The notes under the pieces: generated by a model
What the model was told of the DNA's origin: nothing
The model's input: the letters and a program-made list of their open reading frames with translations, nothing else
The model's database searches: none
Position numbers and translations under genes: made by a program
Shown here: positions 25,860 through 39,056 of the stretch, piece after piece
Numbering within the stretch: position 1 is the stretch's first letter
Layout: each line of letters starts with the position of its first letter
From: Eledone cirrhosa
Taxonomy: Eukaryota
Direction of reading: 5' to 3'
DNA: 64,000 bases
NCBI GenBank assembly: GCA_964016885.1
Contig: OZ024742.1
Span: forward strand, 362,824,001-362,888,000

Positions 25860-28800
25860 TGGTAGTAATACCAGTGCTATGGTAAGAAGGAAGGGGGAAG
25901 ACGAAGAAGGGGGCGAACTAGAAGGGGACGACGGGGAGGTGTAGTAGTAATAGTATCACTATTAATAGTAGTAAAGGGAGCTGTCCGTGGGATTGGCTTA
26001 AATGGTTGAGTGACCTTAGAGTTGACTGGGGAGTAATTGTTTCTAAAAATATCTATCTTGGTATTTCTGTCTGTAATGCTGGCATTCTTAGTGTGTCGGT
26101 TGGTGTTGAATATTGACCTGCAGTGTGAATGTTTCTAAAGATATCTTCCTTTGTCCAAGGTGCTAAAGTTAATGTTGGGTGCTAGCTGCAATATCGTATT
26201 TAGTGATGAAGTGTGATTCCTTGTTAATGCGCTGAATGTAGGAAGCGTTGTCTTTGAATTTGTAGATGGGAAAAATTCTGGAGTTGGGTTGTTCATTAGA
26301 GGCGCAGGTGGCAATGTGTTTACTCAGTGCTATTTTTCTGTATTCCCGTATTTTAATTTTGGATCTATGAATGGTCATACATTGATGAAGACTGTTTTTA
26401 GTTTGTCCTACGTACTTCTCTCGACAGCCTGAGCAAGTCAATATATATATCAAATTTTCTGATGCGCATGCGAAATTGTATTTCACTGTAAAACGTTGCC
26501 CTCGTTTGAAGTAGAACTCCGATCTCTCTATTAGGTTGACACATACCACAATTGGGTCATCCGCATTTTTTTAACCTTTGGTTTCGTTGTTAAGGGCTTT
26601 GACCTGTGTAAGGATGTTTTTCATTGATTTGGGTTGTCTTTTGCTCTTTATGATGTTGTGTGTTTGAAGGATTTGGTTCATCTTTGATCTCCTTTTAGTA
26701 AAGGGTTGTTCTGGAGAATGGTGTCGAGGCCTCATTGTTAAGGGTTTGAGTGTGGAGATGTATGGTAGAACTTTCAGTTTTGATTCATTATTTAGTTTGG
26801 AGTGTCTAAGATCCTGAATACTGAGTTTTAGGGCACGTTGGAATTCTTTGTTAATTAGCTATGGGAGTAATTCTTGCTAATGAGTGTGTCCTTTAGTTCT
26901 TCCAGTCGTATGTATCAGGTGTTTCTATCAGATACTATTGTACAGATCTTTTTGGCTAGGTTGTAAGGAATGCTCATTTTAGTGTGTCCCGAGTAGCATG
27001 AGTTGAATGGAAGATATTGTTTGGAGTCTGTGCGTTTATAGTATATGTCTGTTTCTATTTTGTTGTTGGTTTTCTTAATAAGTATGTCGAGGAAAGGAAG
27101 TTTTTCGTTGCTGTATTCCATTGTAAATTGAATGTTTGTGTTGAGTCCATTTAGAAGTGCTTTAAATTCAATAAGTCTTTCCATACTTTCATGCCAGAGG
27201 ATGAAACACGCATCCGGATATCTTTTCCAGTTTTTTCTATGTGGAGGTAGAAAGAGTTTCCGTATTTGTCTAGTACTTTTCGGTAGAGGGTGATTTCCAG
27301 GTTGCCCATAATCAGTTTGGCATAAGAGGGGCTGTTTTTGTGCCCATCACAGTCCCAGATTTCTGTCTGTAGAATTTGTCATTGAATATGAAGTAGTTAT
27401 TTTCCAAGATAAATTTGGGCCCTTCTATTACGATTTCTTTATGATGCAGCGTGGGAGTTTATTGGGGTGATTTTTCTAGTCTGAATTGGATTGCCTCTAT
27501 TCCTAGCTTGTGTGGGATATTGGAATAAAGGTTGACTACATCAAAAAACACTAGTAAGGTATGTTCACTATTAAGTGTTTTGGGGAGGTCGTTGAGCATA
27601 TCAAGGTCGTCCTTTATGTAGCTTTTAATGTGTTTCAGGAATAGTTTTAACAGGATATCTAGGAAGTTGCTGACGGGGTGTGTTTCGTAAGCGGGACCTG
27701 CTATTATAGGTCTTAATTTGAGGTCATTGGGTGAGGGGACATTGATGAATATATCTGTTGCTCCCTTACATGCCTTACTTATTTTTTCGCTTTTGTGTAT
27801 CTTGGGGATACCGCAGAAAAGACTGGATTTACTTTTGAAGTCAGTGATATAGTTGTACTCCTTGTCGGTAAGTCCTTCTCTGTAAAGGTTTATCAGAGGT
27901 TATAGGTTTCTCATTATTTTCTGTTGACTGAAGTGTTGAGCCTTTTCGTAGTATGTTTCGTCTTCTAAAGTGGAGAGTACTAGGGTTGTATAATATTCCG
28001 TCTCCATTAGGACTACCGCACTCCCTTTATCACCCTCTATGATTGTTAAAGTTTTATCATTCTTTAATCTGTTCAGCTCATCCCATTCTTTCTTGTTGAA
28101 GTTTGGCCTGTGTTTATGTCTGTGTAGGTGTTGATATCGGTAATTTGTAATGTGTTCGCAGAACTGGTCAAGTAATTTGTTCTTACCTTTTGATGGAGTG
28201 TAATTGCTTCTATTTCTAGCTAGTGAGTCGTCCTCATTGTACTTGTTATGTAGTTCCTCGCTAAGTCTCAATTTTCTTCAGAATTCTGCAATGTCTTCTT
28301 TCATTTCGGAACAGTTTGGACGCTGGTGGGGTGGTGGGTCGGTGTAAATTTCAACCCTTTGGAGAGTATGTTAATTGGTCTCTTGTTAGTTCTTTAGTGG
28401 CTAAATTTATAACTTTTGTTACTTTTGGTCTCTCCTGTGTGTCTTGTGTCATCTATATTTAGTGTGTGGTTGTATGTCCTTATACATCATGTGTGGTTGT
28501 GGTGTTTTAGGGCCCTCTCGTTGTTGAATATATCGTGCGGTAAGAGTTAGATATTGCCTTTTTTTTGGTAGGGAAGAAGGTTTTGTTTTTTTGTTGGTTG
28601 TTCAACTGTGTCTGAGTGGTGTTTAAGTTTCTTATTTTTATGAAGGGGTTGTTGGAAGCGTATTCTGTTTGAAAGATTGTTCCTTAGTTTAAAAACCAAC
28701 CAAGTTTCACTTTTTTTCCCAGCGTCAGAGGGATTTCACTTCCTCGTTGTTGCAATCCTCTATCCATAGTTTTGAGATCTTCTCTACGTTGGGGCCTTGA

Positions 28801-29330
28801 GTCTTTGTGTTCATTTCCTGGGTGATCTCTTCATTGATGGATTTTATTTTACCCTCATTTGTCTGAGCCTAGAAGTTTAATTTCTGTCTTCATTTGTTCC
28901 AGTGCCATTCTTTCCCTAAAACGTCTTTGTGTCTCGGGTTCATCTGGGGTGGGTTTAATCTGTGGTTTGCGGGGAATGATAAATGGGGATGTATTGAGCC
29001 ATGTTTCGTAAATCTCCGCTTTGTTGCTGTCTTGGATCATCTTCCAAAAGGAGAATTTTCTGTCTCTGAGAGATGTGTTCTATTGTGGTACTATTTTTTT
29101 TTTATTGTGTATGTTGTTAGTGTATCAATGCTACGTGGTTCCTCGTTTGCTTGTCTTGGGTTTGTGTTATTCGTATATGTATATGTATATAACGAATATT
29201 TAATATAGAAATGGCATATACAGCACTAGAACTGTTTCATTCGGTTGAAATGATCAGGAATGCCAGTTGATATAGTAAGTTATTGGTATTTATAAGTTTC
29301 ATATTGGATGGGGTGGTGGTGGTAGTGCAG
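25860..29330 (-). mobile_element. Near full-length degenerate Penelope-like element (Neptune-like) with upstream terminal repeat
   Basis: Frameshifted ORF pieces 28855-29040, 27900-28271 (DKGSAVV), 26915-27184 (LPFLD) and 26169-26549 (YVGQT); HHR-like motif at 29213-29264. Confidence 0.85.
29213..29264 (-). ncRNA. Hammerhead motif, G8 changed to C (probably inactive)
   Basis: GGCAUUC-CUGAUCA-U-UUC aacc GAA-U-GAAACAG-uucuagug-CUGUA-UAUGCC. Confidence 0.65.
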
Positions 29331-29673
29331 AATCTAGGGCCTTCTCACTCCTGTTGGAGGAAACCTTCACTGGTTGACCTCGAGCGCATTCTTTTAGGTT
29401 TTAGTCATGTTAAGGATGACCTGTACTCAACACGCTAGGCAATTGTTGGGGAGGTTGGCCGCTGAATCTGAAGAATTCATCCGTTTTTGTTGTGTCTGCT
29501 GCTGGAGTTTTACTTAATCTCCTAAATAGACCACGATCTGGTGCGGGAGGCGGTTTCGTTGCCGATCAGTCGTCCATGAAACAAGTTGTATGGGGTTACA
29601 TGGAACCAGTAGCACTTTCTTTTCCCCAAACTGCATACATTTATTATAAAAATAATAATAATTATTATTATTA

Positions 29674-29890
29674 GAGCGGTGGGTTGGCAGTATCGTTAGA
29701 GCGTCAGACAACATGCTTTGCAGCATAGACTTATGCCCCTTTAAAATCTGAGGTCAAATCCCGCCGAGGTTAACTTTGCCTTTCATCCTTACAGGGTCGA
29801 TAAAATAAAGTACCGGTAACACATTGGATTTGATTTAATCGACTTTCCCCTCCCCTAAACTTGCTGGCCTTGTGCTTAATGTTGAAACAT
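29674..29890 (+). mobile_element. tRNA-derived SINE
   Basis: Same family as 18472; preceded by (ATT)n. Confidence 0.85.
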
Positions 29891-30131
29891 TTATAATCAT
29901 AATCATCATCGTCAAAGTAGTTTCATGATCAACTTCCTCGATATTATTTTTACTTCCTTCTTGTTAACTTCTGCCGTATTTAGAAATAATATTCAAAGAC
30001 GATGAACGAAGAATAGGATGTCAATGACGTAACATATGTTTCGAAAAGGTTAACTACATTCTTCATGTCTTCCTTTCTAACACAGATTCATATACACTCT
30101 CTCTTTCTCCTTCTGCCTCTCTTATCTCTTA

Positions 30132-30221
<90 letters not shown>

Positions 30222-30742
30222 ATTTCTCTCTCTCTCTCTCCTCTCTCTATATATGTATGTATGTCTATATATAAAAATGTAGATAGGTAGATGAATATAT
30301 CTATATCTATAATTATATCTATATATAAATATATATATACATATATATATACATAAATATATACATATATATACAACATTTACAGCAATTTCAAACCATT
30401 ATTGTATTTCCTATACATATACACACATACATATATATGTATACGCGTATATGTGTATGTGTGTGTATATGTGCAGGTATGTATATGCGTGTGTCGCTTG
30501 GTCTTTCTTTGACTTTTCAAACTTAATTGAATAATAATAAAAATAATCAATGAGAGTTGTTAATGTATTGAGGGTGTATAAGGAAGTGTATAGAATATCT
30601 GTTCAGTACAGAATTATTGATTGCTGCAATAGTTGGTATATAATTTAAAATATTATGGCTGAAACGTTAAGAGGACTACTTCACTATACTAACAGCCAGC
30701 ATGCTGCAAACATTAATCATAAACTGTCAAGTTCGCATTATA

Positions 30743-31110
30743 TAGAGGGTCGGACGCCATGCTTTGACGCATAGAGTTACGGCCCTTACCATTCTGAGTT
30801 CAAATCACGCCAAGGTTAACTTTGCCTTTCATCCTTATGGGGTCGATAAAATAAAGTACCATTCACGCACTGGGGTCAATTTAATCGACTTTCCCCTCCC
30901 CCCAAATTACTGGCCTTGTCCCTATATAAGAAACCATTATATAGAGGGTCGGACGCCATGCTTTAACGCATAGAGTTACAGCCCTTGCCATTCTGAGTTC
31001 AAATCACGCCGAGGTTAAATTTGCTTTTCATCCTTACGGGGTCGATAAAATAAAGTGCAGTAATGCACTGGGGTAATTGCTGGCCTTGTGCCAAAAGTAG
31101 AAACAATTAT
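30743..31110 (+). mobile_element. Two tandem SINE copies (long and short 3' variants)
   Basis: Both start ATTATATAGAGGGTCGGACGCC. Confidence 0.85.
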
Positions 31111-31682
31111 ATGAAAACAGATAATTCTACCCCGTGGTCGGTTGTGTCTTCTATCTGTTACTGGTACAAAGTACACCAGTACAACCTGTATCATGATCGA
31201 GTTGCCGTTGATTAAACCATCTTCCCCACCAGACCCAGGTCTATTGACGAGGGCAAGATGTTTAAAAAGGGTGGTTGAACTCCTCAGAGTCAACGGTCAT
31301 CCACTCGAACTATGGTTTAAATAGCATGAATTGGCCCTCAATTAGGCAAGGAGTGGTGAGTACAGCTACAGACCTGGCATGACCATAACCAAACATAAAT
31401 TGGTGGAGGTCAACCAGGGAGGAGTTTTTCCAACAGGAATAAATGGCCCGGAATTTGGTCGTTTTTTCCGGAATATGCAAATAAAATCTTCAAGCAGACA
31501 TTTGCAGCATTCATATCAGATTGATCTGATTCTTCTCTCAATACCGAGAAAGTAAATATCACCAACGGCAGATAACTGTGACATGGAGACAGCTTTCTTT
31601 AAGGTAAACATATCATATATGATTGTTTTTAGAAACTAATATGGACAATGTTACTGCTACTGCTAATACATACATACATACA

Positions 31683-32236
31683 TGGTGGCTGCCAACTCGT
31701 TTTCGAGTACGGCCACTACTTTATATCCATGTAGGAGAACCCCTAACGATGCGCTGAACGAGAGTGAATTTTTAGTCCAGCCAGTGACTTGAAAACTCTG
31801 GTACAAACACTACACTTGTGACAGTTATTGACACATAGTGCTGGTCCCATGTGACGACAAGTGCAGAGAGATCTCCAGATATAAGGCAATGCCTGTGCCG
31901 TGAAGCTTTTATAGTGAGCAAAGGCAGTGCATAAAGCCAGTCCCACTCTCTTGACCAAGATGATATTTACCAAAAAGAAGAACAAGTCAACATCATTGGA
32001 TACCATCAGGGTTGCAGGTGTTATATCAGAGTTTTCCTTCTCCTAGAATTCTGCCTTGACAAAGGCTAAGGGGTCATCTCTCCCGGTGATTTTGGATGGC
32101 CATTGACTCTTAAGAGAGCTCATTTGCCCTTTGACAGGTTTTGTTTTTAGTCCTGCAGGATGTCCAAAGTCACCCTCCTCACCAAGAAACCTTGGTGGGG
32201 TTGCCAGTTTAGCCGCCAACGACCCGACCATGAGAT
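31683..32236 (-). mobile_element. Internally deleted, non-autonomous RTE-like element
   Basis: RTE-like 5' UTR (CTAGGAGAAGGAAAACTCTGA) joined to a C-terminal C2H2 finger (CSVCTRVFKSLAGLKIHSRSAH) and 3' end; (CATA)n on both sides. Confidence 0.65.
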
Positions 32237-32271
32237 ACACATACATACATACATACATACATACATACATT

Positions 32272-32850
32272 CATAGATAGAACCAACTGGAACGCAGGGA
32301 TAGCTAGAACCATCTGGAACGCACTTCGGAAAACAAATTAACAACAAACGAGGAAGAATATATTGAAACAGATGGCACTAAGGAATACTAGTGGAACCTG
32401 AAAATACAAACTGCCACCAAATTAAAGCACAACTGGCCTGATATTGTTGTTTGGGACCACACATTGAAAACGTGTTCTGTTGTGGGGATCAGCTGCCCAC
32501 TTGATGTAAACGTTGTCAGAAAAATACAGGAGAAAGAGGACATCTACGGACCATTGATGGGGAGTTTACAAATCCAGTATCCAAGATACACCTTTAGCTT
32601 CATACCCATCATTATTGGAGCTACGGGTTATATACCAACCCGCTTGGACCAAAGTATGACTGAACTTGGATTTGCGGACAAAGGGCGCAGCTCCCTAATT
32701 CATAGTCTACAAATGGCTGCGATAGCTGGCACCTTCAAAATTTGCAAAACATTCTTGCGATTCAAGGGATGACAACTTCTTTTCTTTTACAACCTTGCCA
32801 CCAGGAAGGTGGCCGGTCAAAAAAAATATACTCGAAATTAAGAGAAAGAG
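32272..32850 (+). mobile_element. RLE-type LINE 3' fragment (R4/Dong-like)
   Basis: HNWPDIVVWD..ISCPLD..EKEDIY..PIIIGATG..KICKTF; homologous to the ORF at 22629. Confidence 0.8.
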
Positions 32851-32991
32851 ATAACACATGCATGCATACCCCCCCCCCACACACACATTCATATATATAT
32901 ACAGAAAGCGAGGGAGAGGGACTCGACGGTCCTGAGACCGAGGAGACCACTAATCATGGGGTACTCGATGCATAGGGAGATGCAGAATGGG

Positions 32992-33044
<53 letters not shown>

Positions 33045-33450
33045 GAGAGAGAGAGAGGGGGTGTTAGCTAAAAAGTGAAGGTAAAAATACACTTACGTAC
33101 ATTTAAATGATGATATTTTCTTTAATCGGACAGAATGAATCATTACATAACTGTTGCATTAAATATAAACTGTTTCCATTCGTATAACAATCTTACCAAA
33201 TATTAAATATTAAATATTAAAAAAAATATTTGTTCGTGTATTCTGTGAGCAGTTGGAATATATGTTTGTTTTCTGTCAAAACTGTTTCTAATATCTAATA
33301 TTTCAAAAAGATTGTTATACAAACCGAAACCGGTTATATTTAATGGAACAATTAAAAAATTGTTCATTCAGTCGAATTAAGGGGGAAAATAATCTTTAAA
33401 TATACTTCTATGTATTTTCACATTCACCTTTTATCTACAACTTTATACAG

Positions 33451-33674
33451 ATACGAGGGGCTACAGAAAATTTCCTCGCCTGATGTCTGCCACAGAGACC
33501 TGGTTGGAGTCCCAACCTGCGAGTTCTTTTCACATGGCTTTGAAAAACAGAAGGACCGCTGCAATAATCGTGAGAATCTGAGAGGGGAATATGCTGAATA
33601 AAAAAAATCATATTTAACTAATCCTCCTGTATTTTCTTTTAGCCGAAGCCAGGAACCTTCCAGCACGTCCACGT
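33451..33674 (+). mobile_element. Internally deleted mariner-type DNA transposon
   Basis: Degenerate TIRs (TACGAGGGG..AAATTTCCT / CCAGGAACCTTCCAGC..CGTG) and a transposase C-terminus-like stretch FFSHGFEK..RGEYAE*. Confidence 0.6.
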
Positions 33675-33678
33675 GTGT

Positions 33679-33721
<43 letters not shown>

Positions 33722-33724
<3 letters not shown>

Positions 33725-34502
33725 ATTTATACTGATTAGGAGAGGAAATACTGTATATATTTTATCTAATAGTTCTTCAGACTTGCAATTTTATATATAG
33801 CTCTGATTAATGATTATTTGCTTAATTAATTAATCATTGAGCCACACCGTGAAAGGTTGCCAAACTCATATATGTATCAGTGAGTATGTCTAATAATATA
33901 TATATACCCCTTTGAATTTAATATATAGTCCCGTAAGGTTGAGTAAAACTTTAGGCAGTATTCGGCTGCGCTTTCTAGCAACCAGCTTACTCGCCGACAG
34001 GCACCAATCACACATTTTCTGCCTTGACCGCTAGCCACATGATAGTTCTTAGCCATTTTGAATTCATTTCTGGCGGGTTCATGGTAGAAAAAACTTAGTC
34101 CAATCTGAGGTACCTCCTGAAGAGTTCCAAGCCTTGTGGATATTTCCAAGATCGGGTATCTCCAAAAAGTTGAACGAAACCACTGGTGGTCGGGACTAGA
34201 ATAATTTTGCTAAAGTTTAAGTGCATTTTTTCTTCAGACTTCTATTTTGTACTTAACTCTGTGTAGTTAACTATTTGTCTAGTCAATTTCTAAAGGCTAA
34301 AAGAAATAATTAGGTAAATATAATATGGCTGTGCATCGCAGAAGATAATATGTATCATTTGTCTATTATTTCTTCATAAGTACATTTTAAACATATAGCC
34401 GCGTTTAAATGATTTTTTATGTGGTTGATTTATACTGATTAGGAGAGGAAATACTGTATATAATTTATCTAATAGCTCTTCAGACTTGCAATTTTATATA
34501 TA
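33722..34502 (+). mobile_element. Non-coding HHR-bearing element with about 77-bp direct terminal repeats (period 703)
   Basis: Direct repeats start at 33722 and 34425; homologous to 24808-25610; (TA)n flanks. Confidence 0.75.
34113..34195 (+). ncRNA. Type I hammerhead ribozyme motif
   Basis: CUC-CUGAAGA-GUUC...GAAC-GAAACCAC-UG-GUGGUC-GGG. Confidence 0.7.
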
Positions 34503-34519
34503 TATGTATATATAAGCTT

Positions 34520-34877
34520 ATAAAAACAGTGAAATAAAAACAAAGAACAAGTTCCTTATATTAAAAAATTGATCATTTTACGATCGTTTCTAGGATGTAT
34601 ATGTGTGTTGGTACGTATATCATATAGATCTATGTAAACATATTAGAAATTATCAGAGGAAATATACATACCTTCACATATAAATGGTGTCTTCAGAAAA
34701 GAAGACAGCATGTATATGTGAAGGTATGTATAATTCCTCTGATAATTTCTAATATTTTTACATAGACCTATATGATATACGTACCAACACACATATACAT
34801 CCTAGAAACGATCGTAAAATGATCAATTTTTTAATATAAGGAACTTGTTCTTTGTTTTTATTTCACTGTTTTTATTA
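34520..34877. mobile_element. Fold-back element with about 160-bp inverted arms, each with a decayed HHR-like motif
   Basis: Arms 34521-34680 and 34715-34875; CUGAUAA...GAAAC-GAUC-GUA at 34739-34816; central hairpin TGTCTTC-agaaaa-GAAGACA. Confidence 0.7.
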
Positions 34878-34878
34878 A

Positions 34879-34953
<75 letters not shown>

Positions 34954-35049
34954 AAAATCCTTCCACTACTGCTCTGAGATACATAAAACACTTTGAGTCC
35001 TCCGATTCCAAGGAATGACGCAAACCAATGAAGCAATATTATTAAAACA

Positions 35050-35240
35050 GTGGATTGACAGTATCTGTAGAGTGTCAAACAGCATGCTTTATAACATAGA
35101 GTTATGGCCCTTTATGTTCTGAGTTCAAATCGTGTCGAGGTTAACTTTGCCTTTCATTCTTACGGGTTCGATAAAATACAGTAGCAGTAATGCACTGGGG
35201 GTAATTGCTGGCCTTGTACCAAAAGTAGAAATACTTATCT
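35050..35240 (+). mobile_element. tRNA-derived SINE, short-3' variant
   Basis: Family core sequence. Confidence 0.75.
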
Positions 35241-35378
35241 AAATGTCCCTGTTACATTTCTACTTAAAAATGTAATCTAGACTCTATCAAACATTCTATA
35301 TATGTGTATATATGTATATATATAAATATATATATATATGTGGTGAGTGAGTAAGAATATATATAGATATATATATAT

Positions 35379-35488
<110 letters not shown>

Positions 35489-35527
35489 TTACTCACTCAA
35501 ACTCAAACACACACACACATATATTCT

Positions 35528-35739
35528 CAGATGTGAGAAAAACCACAGACCCTCCATCTCAACTCTACTTTTGAAAAGCAGAAGAACTGCGAAACCGGTA
35601 AAGGAACCAAATAAATATATATATTTTAAAAAAAATAAGACTCCAGTTGCATTTTCGATTCATCTCTTTTTCTTTATACTTTCACTCGTGTACGACACCT
35701 CGGTTATTTTTCATATTGTAAAAAAAACCTCACTTTCTA

Positions 35740-35742
<3 letters not shown>
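35528..35742 (+). mobile_element. Solo PLE-terminus-like repeat with U3-A8 minimal HHR (35567-35604)
   Basis: CUU-UUGAAAA-GCAG aagaa CUGC-GAAAC-CG-GUA-AAG; ends in (TA)n. Confidence 0.8.
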
Positions 35743-35832
<90 letters not shown>

Positions 35833-36017
35833 AATACACCCCCTCAAACACACTCACATCCACATCCACGCACCCTCACACACATGTATATATATGCATG
35901 AGAAACATGGGGGTGATCGTTAGAGCGAATATTGAACATCAAACGAGTGGGCAGCAGAATAAGAGGGAGAAAGAGAGTGAGTGCGTGATATAGAAGCAGA
36001 TAGATGTATAGATTAAT

Positions 36018-36051
<34 letters not shown>

Positions 36052-36082
36052 TATAGATAGATAGATAGATAGATAGATAGAT

Positions 36083-36657
36083 TTCTTTATTAGCCACAGG
36101 GGCACAAAAGAAGGGGACAAATACAAAGGGGGAAGTTTACATACAATAAAAACGTGTAAAATGTTATCACAGATGGAATTTAAAAGTTAGTCGATTTTCC
36201 CCAATAGAGGGAGACAGTTTATATGGGTAACACATACCCCCGAAAAAAAATGTGCAACCCTCATCTCCAGGAGTATGAAGAGCTTGTACTCCTTTCCTCT
36301 CCTCCTCCTTTTCCTCAACCTACAGGCTGATATAGAGAGAAGGCCCATTCACTCGGGCCATTCTCGCCACTTTCACCCACCTTTCATAAAAGTTTCTGGG
36401 GTACAACACCTCTCTCTCCATCCTGATTCTTCTTCCAAAGTGGTATTTGAAAAAAAGAATCAGTTGTTGGCCGGAGAGAAAGGTGTCTGACCTCAGCCCT
36501 TTCAACCTTGTCCACCATACAACCTCTTTCGCCATAGCTATCACACAAAGGAAAACCGCCTCTCCTTCGTTTTTGAAGCAGGGTGGCGGTTTGATCATGA
36601 CAATGGACTCGGTGGTCAACTGGATTGGTCCCACCCGCGACAATAGTCGTTCTACAT
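36083..36657 (-). mobile_element. Tx1/L1-like LINE 3' fragment in (GATA)n
   Basis: Paralogous to 36698-37250; ends GGCTAATAAAGAAAT(CTAT)n. Confidence 0.8.
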
Positions 36658-36697
36658 ATAGATAGATAGATAGACAGACAGATTGATAGATAGATAC

Positions 36698-38452
36698 ATT
36701 TTTTATTAGCCACAAGGGCACAAAAGAAAGGGACAAATACAAATGGGGAGTTTACATACAGGTATATGAAAATAAAACTATTAATAAAACAACAATAACA
36801 ATTGAAATCCCCAATAGAGGGGAGGTGTTACACAGGGGTTGTACACACCCCGAAAAAATGTACAACCCTCATCTCCAGGAGCACCAAGAGTGAGTACTCC
36901 CTTCTTCTCTTCCTCTTTTTCCTTAACCTACAGGCTTATATAGAGAGAAGGCCCAACCACTCGGGCCACCTTTGCCACCTTCACCCACCTTTTATAAAAT
37001 TTGCTGGGGTACAGTACCTCTCTCTCCATCCTGATGATATTTGAAAAGACGAATCAGTTGCTCGCCGGAGAGAAAGGTGTCTGACCTCAGCCCTTTTAAC
37101 CTCGTCCACCATATAACCTCTTTCATCATAGCCATAACACATAGGAAAACGGCCTCTCCCTCGTTTTTGAAGGAGGGTGGCGGTTTGATCATGACAATGG
37201 ACTCGGTGGTCAACTGGATTGGTCCCACCCGCAACAATAGCCGTTCTACATAGCCCCACAGTTCGGTAACGCCCGGGAAGTGTACAAATGCGTGTGCGAC
37301 GGTTTCCTCGTCGCGCACGCATCTCGGACAGATCTTTTTCGAAGGGTCCCTACCCGGGCGCCCGTGTCTGTAGAGCTTGTCTCGAACTGGTAGAGCTCCT
37401 CGGTAGCATTGCCAGGCCAGGGACTTTTGGAAGTTGTCCATTGGTCCCGGGCGGAAGGTCCTACCGAACAGACTGGCCAGTTCGTCTTCCTCTACGCCTA
37501 GAGTTTCTCCGAGCGTGTCGTCGCACTTGCTGCGGACCAACCCTCTATCGAATGTCGAAGTGGAGTCTTCACTGATCGCCGGTCCGTTTGCCAGAGGACT
37601 GTGAGCGCCTGAGCACATTCGATATGCCAGTCGCCCATTTTCCTCGGGCTTTGCTTGACCCAGGTCTGCAACTCGGTTGGCGAGACATCGTCAGCCACGG
37701 CATCCCCAACTCTCCGTTTGAAGGGTGTTGGCAGCAGATGGATCTTCTCACCAAAGGAGCCCGTTTCTTCCAAAGGAATTGGAAGAGCGTGCGCTCCATT
37801 TTGGTAAGCGTTTTGGATGGACAAGGCACAACGGTCAAGCGGTAGTAGATGACGGACGCTATAAAAGTTTTCGCCACCTCCGCTCGACCTTTCAAGGGTA
37901 GTTTTGACTCGGCCCACTTCTGGGTGAGCGCAAACACCTTGGCCGTCACCTCGTTCTAGTTCTTCCCCACCTGGACGTCAGGACCAAACCAGACCCCGAG
38001 CAGCTTTACCGGTCCTTCCGTCCAGCGTCCGACGACGTCATCGGAAGGCATCGGTTTTCCTCTCCACGTTCCGAGTTGCAAACCGATGGATTTGTCCCAG
38101 TTCAGCTTCGCTCCTGTGAACCTTTCGTATTCCTCCAGTAAGGTGTCGATCTCCCCGATTTGCGAGGTGATCGACACCATTACTTTCACGTCGTCGGCGT
38201 AGGCCGACGCTGCTTTTCGCAGTCCCGGTTCCAAAGGTATGCCCTGCAATAGCTCCAACTTCTGCAGTAGTGGCTCGAGAGTCAGTACGTACAGAAGGGA
38301 GGAGAGAGGGCATCCCTGTCGGATGGATCGCGTGATATGGAACGGCTCCGAGAGGTAGCCGTTCACCTTGACCCTTGAGCAGTTGTTGCTGTTGTGCATT
38401 GCAGCAATCCAGCCGCTGAACACGGGACCGAATCTTGCCGCCTCGAGCACCG
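36698..38452 (-). mobile_element. 5'-truncated Tx1/L1-like LINE in (GATA)n
   Basis: SIRQGCPLS, AYADD, KLLGVWF, LPLKGRAEVAK and C-terminal CPRC..ETVAHAFVH motifs, with frameshifts. Confidence 0.9.
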
Positions 38453-38536
38453 CATAGACAGACAGATAGATATAGATAGGTAGATAGATAGATATACATA
38501 TATATGTATATACAGAGAGAGAGAGAGAGAGAGAGA

Positions 38537-38607
<71 letters not shown>

Positions 38608-39056
38608 AGAGATAGGGAGAATATGTCTAAGACGGATGGCTAATTTTACTGGAGTTGTATGAATATGTTATTAATGGCTTTCTGAATTGAATAAATCAAA
38701 GCTGAAGGGAATAAGTAAAGTTAACACAGATAATACTTCTCTGTCTTTATCAAATAAGAGAAAACGCTGGACATAAATCTGCTTTTATAGAAGCTAGCAA
38801 GCTTGTGATATGGAAACTACATGAGCAAATGTTTGAGAAGTTTCCTTCACTGTTACAAGGTTCCGGGTTTCATCCTATTGCTTGATGTCTTGGTTAACTA
38901 TCATTTACCTTAACTGCGGCCTTCACCTTCTGGTTGAGTTAGGGGCAGAAGGAAAGTTTCTGGAAGCTCGTCAGATGTATTTTCCCCACGCTGTCATGTC
39001 ACATATGTATATAGTGAGTTAAATGTCGAATTAATAGTCTTTAGAATGTCGTATAT

